Positions 8,994 to 17,674 of a stretch of DNA of 64,000 nt are shown piece by piece. Both the position numbers and the translations under genes were made by a program. The notes beneath the pieces are model-generated. The model worked only from the letters and a program-made list of their open reading frames with translations. It was not told the DNA's origin and ran no database searches. Numbering within the stretch: position 1 is the first letter of the stretch; each line of letters starts with the position of its first letter. The DNA lies in NCBI GenBank assembly GCA_964370435.1, contig CAYJJG010000007.1:13475-77474 (forward strand), read 5' to 3'. This DNA is from an uncultured Holdemania sp. Lineage in GTDB: Bacteria > Bacillota_I > Bacilli_A > Erysipelotrichales > Erysipelotrichaceae.

Positions 8994-10303
8994 GCCTTCA
9001 CCCCCTTAAGTACCTCAATTACTTTATCCATTTCTTCTTTCGTATTAACCTCCGTTACACACCATAAAAGATGTTTATCATCAAGAGCTAATCCTCCAAG
9101 AATACCCTCTTTTTGTAATAAACTTAATATTTCACTAGTATCCACTGGTGATGTTGTAACAAACTCATGGAAAAAAGGATGATCATGAATCGCTTCATAC
9201 CCTATTTTAGCCAATTCATTTCGTAAATAGGTAGCCTTGCTATGACATAGATTAGCCACTTTTTCTAGCCCTTTAAAAGATAAAAGCGCCATATAAACAC
9301 CAGCAGTTAGTGCACAATGTGCTTGATTACTACAAATGTTACTCATTGCCTTTTCACGACGAATATGTTGTTCCCGCGCTTGTAATGTTAATACAAAAGC
9401 TCGTCTATTTTCTTTATCCTTAGTTTCTCCTACAATTCTCCCTGGTAACTTTCTAGTTAGTTTTTCACTACAACACATATAACCAAGATAGGGTCCTCCA
9501 AAATTAAGTGCCATACCTAATGGCTGTCCTTCTCCTACTGCTATATCTGCACCCCATTCTCCAGGTGTCTTAACAGTAGCCAAAGCTATAGGATTACATC
9601 CCATGATTACTTTTGCTTTGCTTTCATGACTTAAAGTCACTATTTCATCATAATTAGATAAATTACCATAGTAATTAGGTTGTTCTATATAAACACAGCT
9701 TACTTCTTCATTAAGTAATGTTTTTAAATGAGCAATATTATCTACACCACTATTTTCTTCAATCATCACTACTTCCATCTCGTTACCAAAACAATAGGTT
9801 TTAATCGTTTCTATAACTTGCGGATTCGCTACACTGGATACTAATACCGTGTTTTTCTTTCTTTCTTTACACATAGCTACAGCTTCAGCAGCTGCAGTTG
9901 CCCCATCATATACCGAAGCATTCGAAGCATCCATACCAGTAAGTTCACACATCATTGTTTGGTATTCAAACATAGCCTGTAATATCCCTTGACTAATTTC
10001 AGCTTGATAAGGAGTATATGCTGTTAAAAACTCTTCTTTATTAACAATGCTTTTTAAAGCTGCTGGAATATAATGACGATAAGCTCCAGCTCCTCTAAAT
10101 ATCGTAGGAAATACTTTATTTTTATTAGCTAAAGTTTCCATCTTTTTTAATACTTGATACTCACTTAAAGAACTATCTAAATTAAGTTCTTTTAATAGAA
10201 CCGATTCAGGAACATCCTTAAATAAAGCATTAAAATCATTTAAACCTATTTCATTTAACATTATTAAAGCATCATCTTTTGTATTAGGACTATATTTTGT
10301 CAT
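8990..10303 (-). CDS. gcvPA: Glycine dehydrogenase (decarboxylating) subunit 1
   Basis: AYTPYQAEISQG motif. Size (437 aa) and position upstream of gcvPB with a 4-nt overlap. Confidence 0.95.
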   Translation of the reverse strand: MTKYSPNTKDDALIMLNEIGLNDFNALFKDVPESVLLKELNLDSSLSEYQVLKKMETLANKNKVFPTIFRGAGAYRHYIPAALKSIVNKEEFLTAYTPYQAEISQGILQAMFEYQTMMCELTGMDASNASVYDGATAAAEAVAMCKERKKNTVLVSSVANPQVIETIKTYCFGNEMEVVMIEENSGVDNIAHLKTLLNEEVSCVYIEQPNYYGNLSNYDEIVTLSHESKAKVIMGCNPIALATVKTPGEWGADIAVGEGQPLGMALNFGGPYLGYMCCSEKLTRKLPGRIVGETKDKENRRAFVLTLQAREQHIRREKAMSNICSNQAHCALTAGVYMALLSFKGLEKVANLCHSKATYLRNELAKIGYEAIHDHPFFHEFVTTSPVDTSEILSLLQKEGILGGLALDDKHLLWCVTEVNTKEEMDKVIEVLKGVKA

Positions 10304-10311
10304 AGCAGTAC

Positions 10312-10689
10312 CTATAAAGTTTCAATATAAGCTACATATTCTTCAGCACTTAATAGTTCTTCAAAAGCACTAACTTGATCTACCTTAATCATCCACGCAT
10401 GATAACAATCTTCATTAATTTTTTCTGGACTATCTAATAATTCTTCATTAACTTCACAAACAACTCCACTTACCGGTGAAATCAAATCAGATACAGCCTT
10501 TACCGATTCAGTATCTCCAAAATTACTCTCTAAAGTTACTTCTTCACCTACTTCAGGAAGATTCACAAAAACAATATCCCCCAGAGCATCTTGGGCATAA
10601 TCACTTATACCGATAGTTACGACATTGTCACCATCAACTTTTACCCATTCATGGGATTTGGTGTACTTCAGTTCTTTTAAAATATTCAT
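10312..10689 (-). CDS. gcvH: Glycine cleavage system H protein
   Basis: 125 aa with the lipoyl-lysine motif ESVKAVSDL. Confidence 0.95.
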   Translation of the reverse strand: MNILKELKYTKSHEWVKVDGDNVVTIGISDYAQDALGDIVFVNLPEVGEEVTLESNFGDTESVKAVSDLISPVSGVVCEVNEELLDSPEKINEDCYHAWMIKVDQVSAFEELLSAEEYVAYIETL

Positions 10690-10700
10690 TTTTCTCTCTC

Positions 10701-11792
10701 CTATATTTTCTTTTTCTTATAAAATGGTAAAGCCACTACTTCTGCCTCTACTCTACGCCCTCTTACATCTGCATACACCACGCTATTTATTGTTGATTGT
10801 GCAACAGCTACATAAGCCATAGCTACAGGATAGCCTAAATAGGGGGCATGTGTTCCTGATGTAATAGTACCTACCTCTTTACCTTCATAGTAAAGCGGCA
10901 TATTTTCACGAAGAATTCCTCTCCCTAAAACTTTTAATCCTACTCTAATTTTTTTAGGTTCACCTTTTTCAATTAAGGCGTTTTTACCTACAAACTCTTC
11001 CTTATCCATTTTTACAAAACTACTTAATTTAGCCTCTAGTGGTGTAATGCTATCACTCATTTCATGACCGTATAATGGCATAGCTGCTTCAAGCCTTAAA
11101 GTATCCCGTGCTGCTAATCCACATGGTATTAAACCAACTTGTTGACCAGCATCAATTAATAGATCCCATAAAGCTTGTGCATCTTTATGATCACAGTATA
11201 ATTCATATCCATCTTCGCCAGTATATCCTGTTTTCGATATTACACAGGGCATTAACTTAATGTTTCCATTAAAGTTAGCACTATAATATTTTATAGGTAA
11301 CATTTCTTCTTCACAGACCTTTAGAAGAATAGTTTTTGCTAAAGGACCCTGTATAGCAAGCTGCGCTACCTTATCACTAATATCATCTAGTTTTACTTCA
11401 TCAATAATTTTGGTTTGCATCCATGCATAATCTTTACTACGATTAGCAGCATTCACTACAATAAAATAATGTTCCTCTTTTATTTTATAGACAATCAAAT
11501 CATCGACTATGCCACCTTCATCATTCAACATCAAACTATAACGTGCTTGTCCATCAACCAAAGTTGAAAAATCATTGCTCAGCAGTTGATTTAAGTAGAC
11601 TAATGCTTGCTTTCCACTTACAATAATTTCTCCCATATGACTTACATCAAATAGTCCACATCGCTCTCTTACTGCTTTATGTTCCTCAATAACGCCTGTT
11701 GGATATTGAATTGGTAATTGATACCCTGCAAAATCTACCATTTTACCTTGATGTTCAAGATGTTTTTCATAAAGCGCTGTTTTTAAACCCAT
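10701..11792 (-). CDS. gcvT: Aminomethyltransferase (glycine cleavage T protein)
   Basis: FDVSHMGE and GYTGEDGYE. Start moved to [11 protein letters not shown] because GGAGGGAGG lies 5 nt upstream of that ATG. The track's longer start runs through the SD. Confidence 0.93.
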   Translation of the reverse strand: MGLKTALYEKHLEHQGKMVDFAGYQLPIQYPTGVIEEHKAVRERCGLFDVSHMGEIIVSGKQALVYLNQLLSNDFSTLVDGQARYSLMLNDEGGIVDDLIVYKIKEEHYFIVVNAANRSKDYAWMQTKIIDEVKLDDISDKVAQLAIQGPLAKTILLKVCEEEMLPIKYYSANFNGNIKLMPCVISKTGYTGEDGYELYCDHKDAQALWDLLIDAGQQVGLIPCGLAARDTLRLEAAMPLYGHEMSDSITPLEAKLSSFVKMDKEEFVGKNALIEKGEPKKIRVGLKVLGRGILRENMPLYYEGKEVGTITSGTHAPYLGYPVAMAYVAVAQSTINSVVYADVRGRRVEAEVVALPFYKKKKI

Positions 11793-11837
11793 AATTTCCT
11801 CCCTCCAATTAAAAAAGCACAAGACTAAAAAATCTCA

Positions 11838-11996
11838 TGCCTCTGTCTTTCACCTGAAAGATTCTTTCTTACGAAATTGCCTCATCGGTGTGCTTTTGCA
11901 CTTTCCAGAGTTTCGTCCAAATCCGGTCCTTTTGCCTGAAAGTTTATGCAATTATTTTCCTCTTCGGCTCCTAAATAAAAACAGGTATCTCCCGGA
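11838..11996 (-). promoter_or_regulatory. Tandem glycine riboswitch (two aptamers) controlling the gcv operon
   Basis: Aptamer 1 on the minus strand: CCGGGAGAUACC...GGAGCCGAAGAGGAAAA...CUUUCAGGCAAAAGGACCGG. Aptamer 2: CUCUGGAAAGUGCAAAAGCACACCGAUGAGGCAAUUUCG...CUUUCAGGUGAAAGACAGAG. Both carry the conserved GGAGA/GGAAAG, ACCGAnGnGGnAA and CAGGcAAAaGaC cores. A U-rich stretch follows before the gcvT SD. Confidence 0.88.
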
Positions 11997-12083
11997 TCTA
12001 TCTTACGAATTACGATTTATTTACCATTATCATACCATGTTTTAGCTTCAAAACAATCAATTTCTTAAAATTTTATACTTGAT

Positions 12084-12108
12084 AAAAAAAGCACAAATTT
12101 GTGCTTTA
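12084..12108 (-). terminator. Rho-independent terminator after the small lipoprotein gene
   Basis: Minus strand AAGCACaaatttGTGCTTttttttt. Confidence 0.75.
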
Positions 12109-12115
12109 ATTGTTT

Positions 12116-12589
12116 TTACTTTGCTTCGTTGATTGCTTTATTAATCGTTTTAATATAGCCTTCAACATTAATAGTTACCGATGACATTAAATCTTCATTA
12201 ACTACTTTTCCATCAGCAAGTTCAACAGCATCAATACCGTTATCTACAATATACTGCTCTAACGTTTCCACTTGTTGATACCATGGGGCTACCGCATCTT
12301 CTGATAATTTATAGTCATCCTTTAAATCTCTTTTAGATTCATTCTCATAGATTTCATCAATATAAACATCAGTAATTTTACCCTCACTAATTACAACATC
12401 AACTATAGGCGTACCAAAACTAGTTTCTTCTCCTAATACATCAATAGCTTCTTTAGTTGCATTAGCATTAGGTGTTATAGTTGGACTCATTGTTGGTGAA
12501 GTTGTTGGTGTAACTTCACTTCCTGACATCGAACAGCTACACCCTACAAGCATTAGTGATAATAACATCAATAAACTTATTTTATACAT
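12116..12589 (-). CDS. Small lipoprotein with an FMN_bind-like domain (degenerate flavinylation motif)
   Basis: Lipobox LVGCS and a Thr/Pro-rich linker. FGTPIVDVVISEGKITDVYIDEI...DAVEL...DLMSSVTINVEGYIKTINKAINEAK follows the pattern of single-domain FMN_bind lipoproteins (FGGPI.V.V.V.DGKI.DI.V...D.VSGATVTS.A...AV..AL). SSVT replaces SGAT. Confidence 0.45.
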   Translation of the reverse strand: MYKISLLMLLSLMLVGCSCSMSGSEVTPTTSPTMSPTITPNANATKEAIDVLGEETSFGTPIVDVVISEGKITDVYIDEIYENESKRDLKDDYKLSEDAVAPWYQQVETLEQYIVDNGIDAVELADGKVVNEDLMSSVTINVEGYIKTINKAINEAK

Positions 12590-12639
12590 AGACTACCTCC
12601 TAAAACTATTATGGATAGCTATTTTATAACAATACCTTA

Positions 12640-13323
12640 TTATTTTTCTTTTAATATTTTTTGGATTTTTTTGTATTCAGGCATATAAAAACCAATTACC
12701 TCATAAAAGCGCTTTGAATGATTAGGCACTATCATATGTGCATACTCATGTAACAACACATAAATTAAACACTCCATCGGCATATAAATAAGATTAACAT
12801 TCAAAGTAATTTTCGCCTTTTTTGGTATACAGCTCCCCCATTTACTAGTCATTTTACGAAAGGAAACAGTAGGATGCGGCAAGCGATAATCGTCCATGAT
12901 GGCATTAAATTTATCTTGATATGGAATTATGTATCGAAGTAGTTCTTTTTTTACTAAGTTTTCAAATATAATTTGAGCTTGATTTTCTTCTTTTACCCAT
13001 AAAACTATTTTATCTTCTTCTATCTTTATAGCATTTTTAGTAGCCTTAACTATCTGAAGTTCCTTTATTTCTCCCAGGTATTGTATCTTACTTTGGTTTA
13101 CTCCTTTATTTTCCTGTAGTTTATTCTTGTTTTTAACACGATCATTAGCACTTAAAATCCATTGTTTCTTACTAACAATAAAGTTTTTTATTTGTTCCTC
13201 AGGTACGTGTGGATGAGCACTAATCATTAAAACATTACCAGTTTTAATACGAAGATACATATTTTTTATTTTCTTGTGCTCTATTTCAACAATAAACTCT
13301 TCTGTGTCTAATTTAATTTGCAT
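12640..13323 (-). CDS. YgjP-like (DUF45/M48-type) zinc metallohydrolase
   Basis: C-terminal LLHEYAHMIVPNHSKRF (HExxH). Start moved to MQIKL, preceded by GAGGGTGGGG. Confidence 0.75.
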   Translation of the reverse strand: MQIKLDTEEFIVEIEHKKIKNMYLRIKTGNVLMISAHPHVPEEQIKNFIVSKKQWILSANDRVKNKNKLQENKGVNQSKIQYLGEIKELQIVKATKNAIKIEEDKIVLWVKEENQAQIIFENLVKKELLRYIIPYQDKFNAIMDDYRLPHPTVSFRKMTSKWGSCIPKKAKITLNVNLIYMPMECLIYVLLHEYAHMIVPNHSKRFYEVIGFYMPEYKKIQKILKEK

Positions 13324-13369
13324 AACCCCACCCTCTTTCATAAAAAAGGAACACCACGGTGTACCCTTA

Positions 13370-14215
13370 TTACTTTATAATCCTTTTAACTCTTCCAAAA
13401 CAAAATGTTCCTGGTCCAGTATGAGACATAATAACTGGATGCATTGCTACTATCTCAGGTTTTATTTGATACTTTTCAAAAATATCTTGTTGTAGCTTTA
13501 AAGAAACATCCATAGCATCACCATCTACTATATACCAAGCATAGTCCTCTTTATTTTGAATATCTTTTAAGCAGGCATCAATACCAATTTGATATGCTTT
13601 CTTGGCTGTTCGTACTTTATCATATACATCAATAGCACCATCTTCTACTTTTAATATAGGAAATATTTTAAGAAGATTAGCTAATGCTGCAGCTGAAGAA
13701 GAAATACGTCCACCACGTTTTAAATAAATAATATCACCAGGTATTAATACAGCCCATAATTGTGATTGTTCTTCAAATAGAGTTTTAATTTCTTGTACAG
13801 TCATTCCTAAATCAATTGCTTTTTGTATCTCTTTACAGACATGTTGTTGTGGATAACAAACTTGTTTTATATCTAATACGGTAACTCGTCCTTTGTACTC
13901 TTCCTTAGCAAGCATAAAAGCATTGGCATAACTTCCACTTAACTTAGAAGAAACTGGAACATAGATTAATTCTTCTGCTTCTAATAAGGCTTTATCCCAA
14001 ACACGTGTTATTTCACCTATAGAAGGCTGGCTTGTTTTAACAGTAGCCCCTTCTCTCATTTTTTTAATAAAGCTATCACGCTCAATATCAACAGCCTCTA
14101 AATATTCTTTATCATCAATAGTAATAGGTAAACGAACAACATCTAATCCTAATGCTTTTTCTTCTTCTAGTGTTAAATCGGCACCTGAATCCGTCACTAC
14201 TTTAATTTTTAACAT
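13370..14215 (-). CDS. DegV family fatty-acid-binding protein
   Basis: 281 aa. N-terminus KVVTDSGADL, with overall DegV length and pattern. Confidence 0.85.
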   Translation of the reverse strand: MLKIKVVTDSGADLTLEEEKALGLDVVRLPITIDDKEYLEAVDIERDSFIKKMREGATVKTSQPSIGEITRVWDKALLEAEELIYVPVSSKLSGSYANAFMLAKEEYKGRVTVLDIKQVCYPQQHVCKEIQKAIDLGMTVQEIKTLFEEQSQLWAVLIPGDIIYLKRGGRISSSAAALANLLKIFPILKVEDGAIDVYDKVRTAKKAYQIGIDACLKDIQNKEDYAWYIVDGDAMDVSLKLQQDIFEKYQIKPEIVAMHPVIMSHTGPGTFCFGRVKRIIK

Positions 14216-14474
14216 AAGCCACCTCGCAGATTATTATAACATACCAAGTTATAAACTCAATAGAATTCCTTATCATCTTATAATAATCTTTTTAGGCGAT
14301 AAAAAGGTATTCTTTTTTTACTTCTATTAGGATTATTTACTTATCCAATTTACTTTATTAAAATGCAAATATTACTTATTAATAGTACATAAAATAGTAG
14401 TTACTACTCTTCTTTTATACTATAATTTCAAAACTATCACTATATCCACTTAATATAAAATACATTATTTTCTA

Positions 14475-14528
14475 TTGACATATTAGGTCTACAAATGTAG
14501 AATAAAGTTAGGTCTACAGATGTAGAAT
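14475..14528 (+). promoter_or_regulatory. Sigma-A-type promoter (TTGACA-17-TAGAAT) overlapped by two copies of a BlaI/MecI-type operator
   Basis: TTGACA at 14475-14480 and TAGAAT at 14498-14503. TAGGTCTACAAATGTAGAAT (14484-14503) and TAGGTCTACAGATGTAGAAT (14509-14528) each contain the TACA-N2-TGTA dyad typical of penicillinase-repressor-family operators. Confidence 0.7.
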
Positions 14529-14538
14529 GGAGGTAAAT

Positions 14539-14892
14539 ATGAAATTAACCACTACAGAAATTAGCTTTATGAACTTAATTTGGAAAAACGAACCACTTTC
14601 ATCAACAAGTTTAGCTTCTTTATGTTTACAACAATTTGGATGGAAAAAATCAACAGCATACACCTTTCTTAAAAGACTTCAAGAACGTGGAGTTTTGATT
14701 AATCAAAATGCAGTTGTAACCTCTAAGATATCGAAAGAAGAGGTACAAAGAATACAAAGCAATGAAATAGTTAGACATTCTTTTGATGGTTCTTTACCGC
14801 AGTTTGTAACAACCTTTCTTTCAGATAAAAAGCTTAGTAAACAGGAAATTAAAGAATTAAGACAATTAGTAAATCAATTGGAGGAACAATAA
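14539..14892 (+). CDS. BlaI/MecI/CopY-family transcriptional repressor
   Basis: Size and winged-helix pattern (LTTTEISFMNLIWKNEPLSSTSL...GWKKSTAYTFLKRLQERGVL). Start at MKLTT, with GGAGG 5 nt upstream. Followed 3 nt later by a BlaR1-like gene. Confidence 0.85.
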   Translation: MKLTTTEISFMNLIWKNEPLSSTSLASLCLQQFGWKKSTAYTFLKRLQERGVLINQNAVVTSKISKEEVQRIQSNEIVRHSFDGSLPQFVTTFLSDKKLSKQEIKELRQLVNQLEEQ

Positions 14893-14894
14893 CC

Positions 14895-16241
14895 ATGAAT
14901 CAATTATTTATAACTTTCGCTGAATTATCAATAAAATTAAGTGTAATCATAATAGTGTTGCTTATTATTAGACAATGCACTCCTAAACTTCCTAAAATAT
15001 TTCATTATTCATTGTGGTGTTTTGTATTATTAGGAATGATTCCATTTAGTTACACTTCATCTGTTAGTATACAAAACATTCCACTACATATTGAAGAAGT
15101 ATTGTTTCAAAGTAATATACATGCTGATGCACTAGTTCAAGAAGTCAATGGGTCTTCTATTACAATGGTTGATATTGTTAGTGCACTTTGGTTAAGTGGT
15201 ATTGTCTTATTTGGTTTATTTTATTTAATTAGTTATTTACGCATTAAAAAAATAACTCGATTCGCAATTAGACGAGAAATTGATGTATTTGAATCTGACG
15301 AAATAACTTCACCCTTCCTTTTTGGATTGTTTCATCCAAAAATCTATTTACCTACTACTATAAATGATGAAACCCGAGAACACATTCTAGCTCATGAATT
15401 AATGCATAAACATCGCAAAGACTACCTTACACAATGTATTGCTAATATTATCTTAGCCCTTAACTGGTACAATATAATTATTTGGATAGGCTATTATTCC
15501 TTTATTCAAGATTTAGAATTCTCTTGTGATGAGTGTGTTCTTAAAGAAAGAGGATTAAACTATAAGTCCAATTTTGCTCACTCTATTCTAGATATGGTAC
15601 AGTATCATAACTTTATGGCATTAAGTCTTAAATCTTCAAACACTAAAAAACGCATAGTACACATCCTTAACTACCGTAAACCTTCCGTAAAAATTAGTTT
15701 ACTTTGTCTTATATTAGGACTTTGTCTAAGCATTCCTTTATTATCACAGCCTGAAATAATATCAGCAGAACCAATTTTACCTCATCAAGCAGATGATTCT
15801 ACTTCATCTACCTTAAATACAGCCTTGCCAACAGAAATACAGCAAGAAACTACTATTAATGATGAAGAAAGCTTAAATTTTACTAGCCCTATGAATGATT
15901 ATGCTGTAACTTGTGGATGGTTATGTTATGAAGGTCATTATGCTTATGATATTAGATCAGAAGTTGATAACGCTAAAATCTATGCAGTCGAAGATGCAGT
16001 TGTTCAAGTTGCAGGATATGATGAAGTATTTGGCAATTACATAATACTTGAGCATAGCGGTGGCTACACTTCGTTTTATGGTCATTTATCTAGCATTAAT
16101 GTAACAAGTGGTGATTCAGTTAAACAAGCTGATATCATCGCTAGTCAAGGCGCTACAGGACAAACTGCTGGAGATCACTTACACTTCTATATTACCAAAG
16201 ATAATGTAGTCTTAGAAAATTCTTTAGAGCTCACCCAATAG
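14895..16241 (+). CDS. BlaR1/MecR1-like M56 signal-transducing metalloprotease fused to an extracellular M23 (LytM-type) peptidase domain
   Basis: N-terminal TM helices with HELMHKHRKD (M56 HExxH). A further TM (ISLLCLILGLCLSIPLL) and a Ser/Thr/Glu-rich linker follow. The C-terminal M23 domain has both catalytic motifs, HYAYD (HxxxD) and GDHLHFYI (HxH), plus GHLSSINVTSGDSVKQADIIASQGATGQTAG. Confidence 0.8.
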   Translation: MNQLFITFAELSIKLSVIIIVLLIIRQCTPKLPKIFHYSLWCFVLLGMIPFSYTSSVSIQNIPLHIEEVLFQSNIHADALVQEVNGSSITMVDIVSALWLSGIVLFGLFYLISYLRIKKITRFAIRREIDVFESDEITSPFLFGLFHPKIYLPTTINDETREHILAHELMHKHRKDYLTQCIANIILALNWYNIIIWIGYYSFIQDLEFSCDECVLKERGLNYKSNFAHSILDMVQYHNFMALSLKSSNTKKRIVHILNYRKPSVKISLLCLILGLCLSIPLLSQPEIISAEPILPHQADDSTSSTLNTALPTEIQQETTINDEESLNFTSPMNDYAVTCGWLCYEGHYAYDIRSEVDNAKIYAVEDAVVQVAGYDEVFGNYIILEHSGGYTSFYGHLSSINVTSGDSVKQADIIASQGATGQTAGDHLHFYITKDNVVLENSLELTQ

Positions 16242-16258
16242 TGAGCTCTTTTTTATTA
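16226..16258 (+). terminator. Rho-independent terminator
   Basis: AGAGCTCACccaataGTGAGCTCTtttttatt, overlapping the stop codon. Confidence 0.8.
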
Positions 16259-16426
16259 TTATACGATAGTACACTATATAAAACTATTATGCAATTAATA
16301 TTATTAAACAAAGCATATTCTATAATTGAGATAACTCAGGATAACTAATTAAGCTATTATAAACAAAAAATGACTTTTATTTCTGTCTTTAGACAAAATA
16401 TTTAGAAGTCATTTTTAATTTCTTAA

Positions 16427-16503
16427 TGGGGCGACTGAGGGGAATCGAACCCCCGAATGTCAGAGCCACAATCTGATGTGTTAACCACTTCACCACAACC
16501 GCC
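16427..16503 (-). tRNA. tRNA-His (anticodon GTG), with G-1 and an encoded CCA
   Basis: Minus strand G-GCGGTTG-TG-GTGAAGTGGTTAACACA-TCAGA-TTGTGGC-TCTGA-CATTC-GGGGG-TTCGATT-CCCCT-CAGTCGC-C-CCA. The cloverleaf folds by hand. The anticodon loop is TT-GTG-GC, and the extra 5' G pairing with C73 is the His identity element. Confidence 0.92.
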
Positions 16504-16524
16504 ATGTCTTTCGTAGCGATATTT

Positions 16525-16553
16525 ATTATATCTTATAGATGTGTATTTGTAAA
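16525..16553 (-). promoter_or_regulatory. Near-consensus promoter for tRNA-His (TTTACA-17-TATAAT)
   Basis: Minus strand TTTACAaatacacatctataagaTATAAT ends about 21 nt upstream of the tRNA 5' end. A long hairpin plus T-run (about 16367-16420) follows the tRNA. Confidence 0.6.
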
Positions 16554-16662
16554 TAGATAATTAGAAATTTATTATATTTAAGATTAATATTAATTTAACT
16601 AAGTTTTCATAATAGTAGGACTTTTAATTCTTTGGATAATATATAAAGTAGGAGGTTCAACG

Positions 16663-17391
16663 ATGAAGAAAAACAGTATAATCATTGCACTAATTCTTTT
16701 TATATTAATTCAAATTCCCTTCATGATGTATATTTGGTATCCCTATCAAGTGCAACAAGATTTTAACTTACAAACTATTCCTGTTGCTTCTAATGATTTA
16801 TCAATGAGGCACACCATCACTACACAGGATATTGATTGGATTAGTGTACCAGCATCTTTTATTCAAGACTGGATGATTATTGATGAACAACTTCTAGTTA
16901 ATCATGTTGTATCAAATAAAGTATTTATACCCAAGGGATCATATTTCGTAAATAATGCCATTTACTCCCCCTTAAACATCCCTGATCAACCTGCACAAGA
17001 ATTAGACTATGGACAGACCGCTTTCTCCTTTGACGTAAATTTTATCCAAGTTGCAGGTAACACTTTAGTAGAAAATCAAAAGGTTGATTTATATACTGTA
17101 ATACAACAACGAAATGAACCTCCTATCGTTGATTTACTTATTAGTGCAGTTCGTATTATTGATTTAAGAGATTATCGCGGATTAGAATTAACAGATGAAA
17201 ATTCTACCAAGATAGCGGCAATTATAACCCTTGCATTAAATAAAGAATATATACCGCTGTTGTTAAGCGCACAAGAAGTAGGTACGATTCAACTTTATGC
17301 TACTGATGCTTCTTGGGACAACACTCAAGAATGTATACTTAATGAAAAGAGCAAAATACTGCCACTACTTACAAACGAACATCTTGAATAA
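16663..17391 (+). CDS. Membrane-anchored SAF-domain protein, CpaB/RcpC-like
   Basis: N-terminal TM. SAF-like segment IPVASNDLSMRHTITTQDIDWISVP...FIPKGSYFVNNAI, then a beta-rich C-terminal part as in Flp-pilus CpaB. GTAGGAGG SD. No other tad genes are nearby. Confidence 0.45.
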   Translation: MKKNSIIIALILFILIQIPFMMYIWYPYQVQQDFNLQTIPVASNDLSMRHTITTQDIDWISVPASFIQDWMIIDEQLLVNHVVSNKVFIPKGSYFVNNAIYSPLNIPDQPAQELDYGQTAFSFDVNFIQVAGNTLVENQKVDLYTVIQQRNEPPIVDLLISAVRIIDLRDYRGLELTDENSTKIAAIITLALNKEYIPLLLSAQEVGTIQLYATDASWDNTQECILNEKSKILPLLTNEHLE

Positions 17392-17438
17392 TAACCTTAT
17401 CTATTTAAGCCATACTATATCTAGAGGAGGTGTCAACT

Positions 17439-17594
17439 ATGGAAAACCAAGGTGTCTGTTGTGATGTTATGGAGTGTACACACAATATAAATTGTGAAAA
17501 ATGTTCATTAGCTACCATTGAAATTTCTTGTCAAAAGACAGGTAATGAAGGTGCTAATTTCCCTCATTACTGTAAAAGTTATTGTAAAAAATAG
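17439..17594 (+). CDS. DUF1540-like small Cys-rich protein (51 aa)
   Basis: Below the ORF-track size cut-off. GAGGAGG lies 8 nt upstream. MENQGVCCDVMECTHNINCEKCSLATIEISCQKTGNEGANFPHYCKSYCKK has the V.C.V..C.H....C.A..I pattern of DUF1540. Followed by a terminator. Confidence 0.6.
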   Translation: MENQGVCCDVMECTHNINCEKCSLATIEISCQKTGNEGANFPHYCKSYCKK

Positions 17595-17599
17595 TTGAT

Positions 17600-17629
17600 A
17601 AAAGGATGGAAAAATTCCATCCTTTTATT
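17600..17629 (+). terminator. Rho-independent terminator
   Basis: AAAAGGATGGAaaaaTTCCATCCTTTTatt. Confidence 0.8.
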
Positions 17630-17632
17630 GTT

Positions 17633-17668
17633 ACAAAAAAAAGAAGCTTTCATAAGAAAACTTCTTCA
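17633..17668 (-). terminator. Rho-independent terminator after rnfB
   Basis: Minus strand GAAGAAGTTTTCttatGAAAGCTTCTTtttttttt (one mismatch in the stem). Confidence 0.7.
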
Positions 17669-17674
17669 TATATT

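Noticed and set aside
11793-11822. Over-extended N-termini in the ORF track (gcvT, RR, YgjP-like, BlaI, NifU-like, YunB-like, AsnB, PPase-like, PHP, LOR-domain gene, small rnf ORF)
   Set aside because: In each case the Shine-Dalgarno sequence lies inside the proposed extension and an internal ATG has proper spacing. For AsnB the catalytic Cys must be residue 2. The starts were trimmed accordingly.
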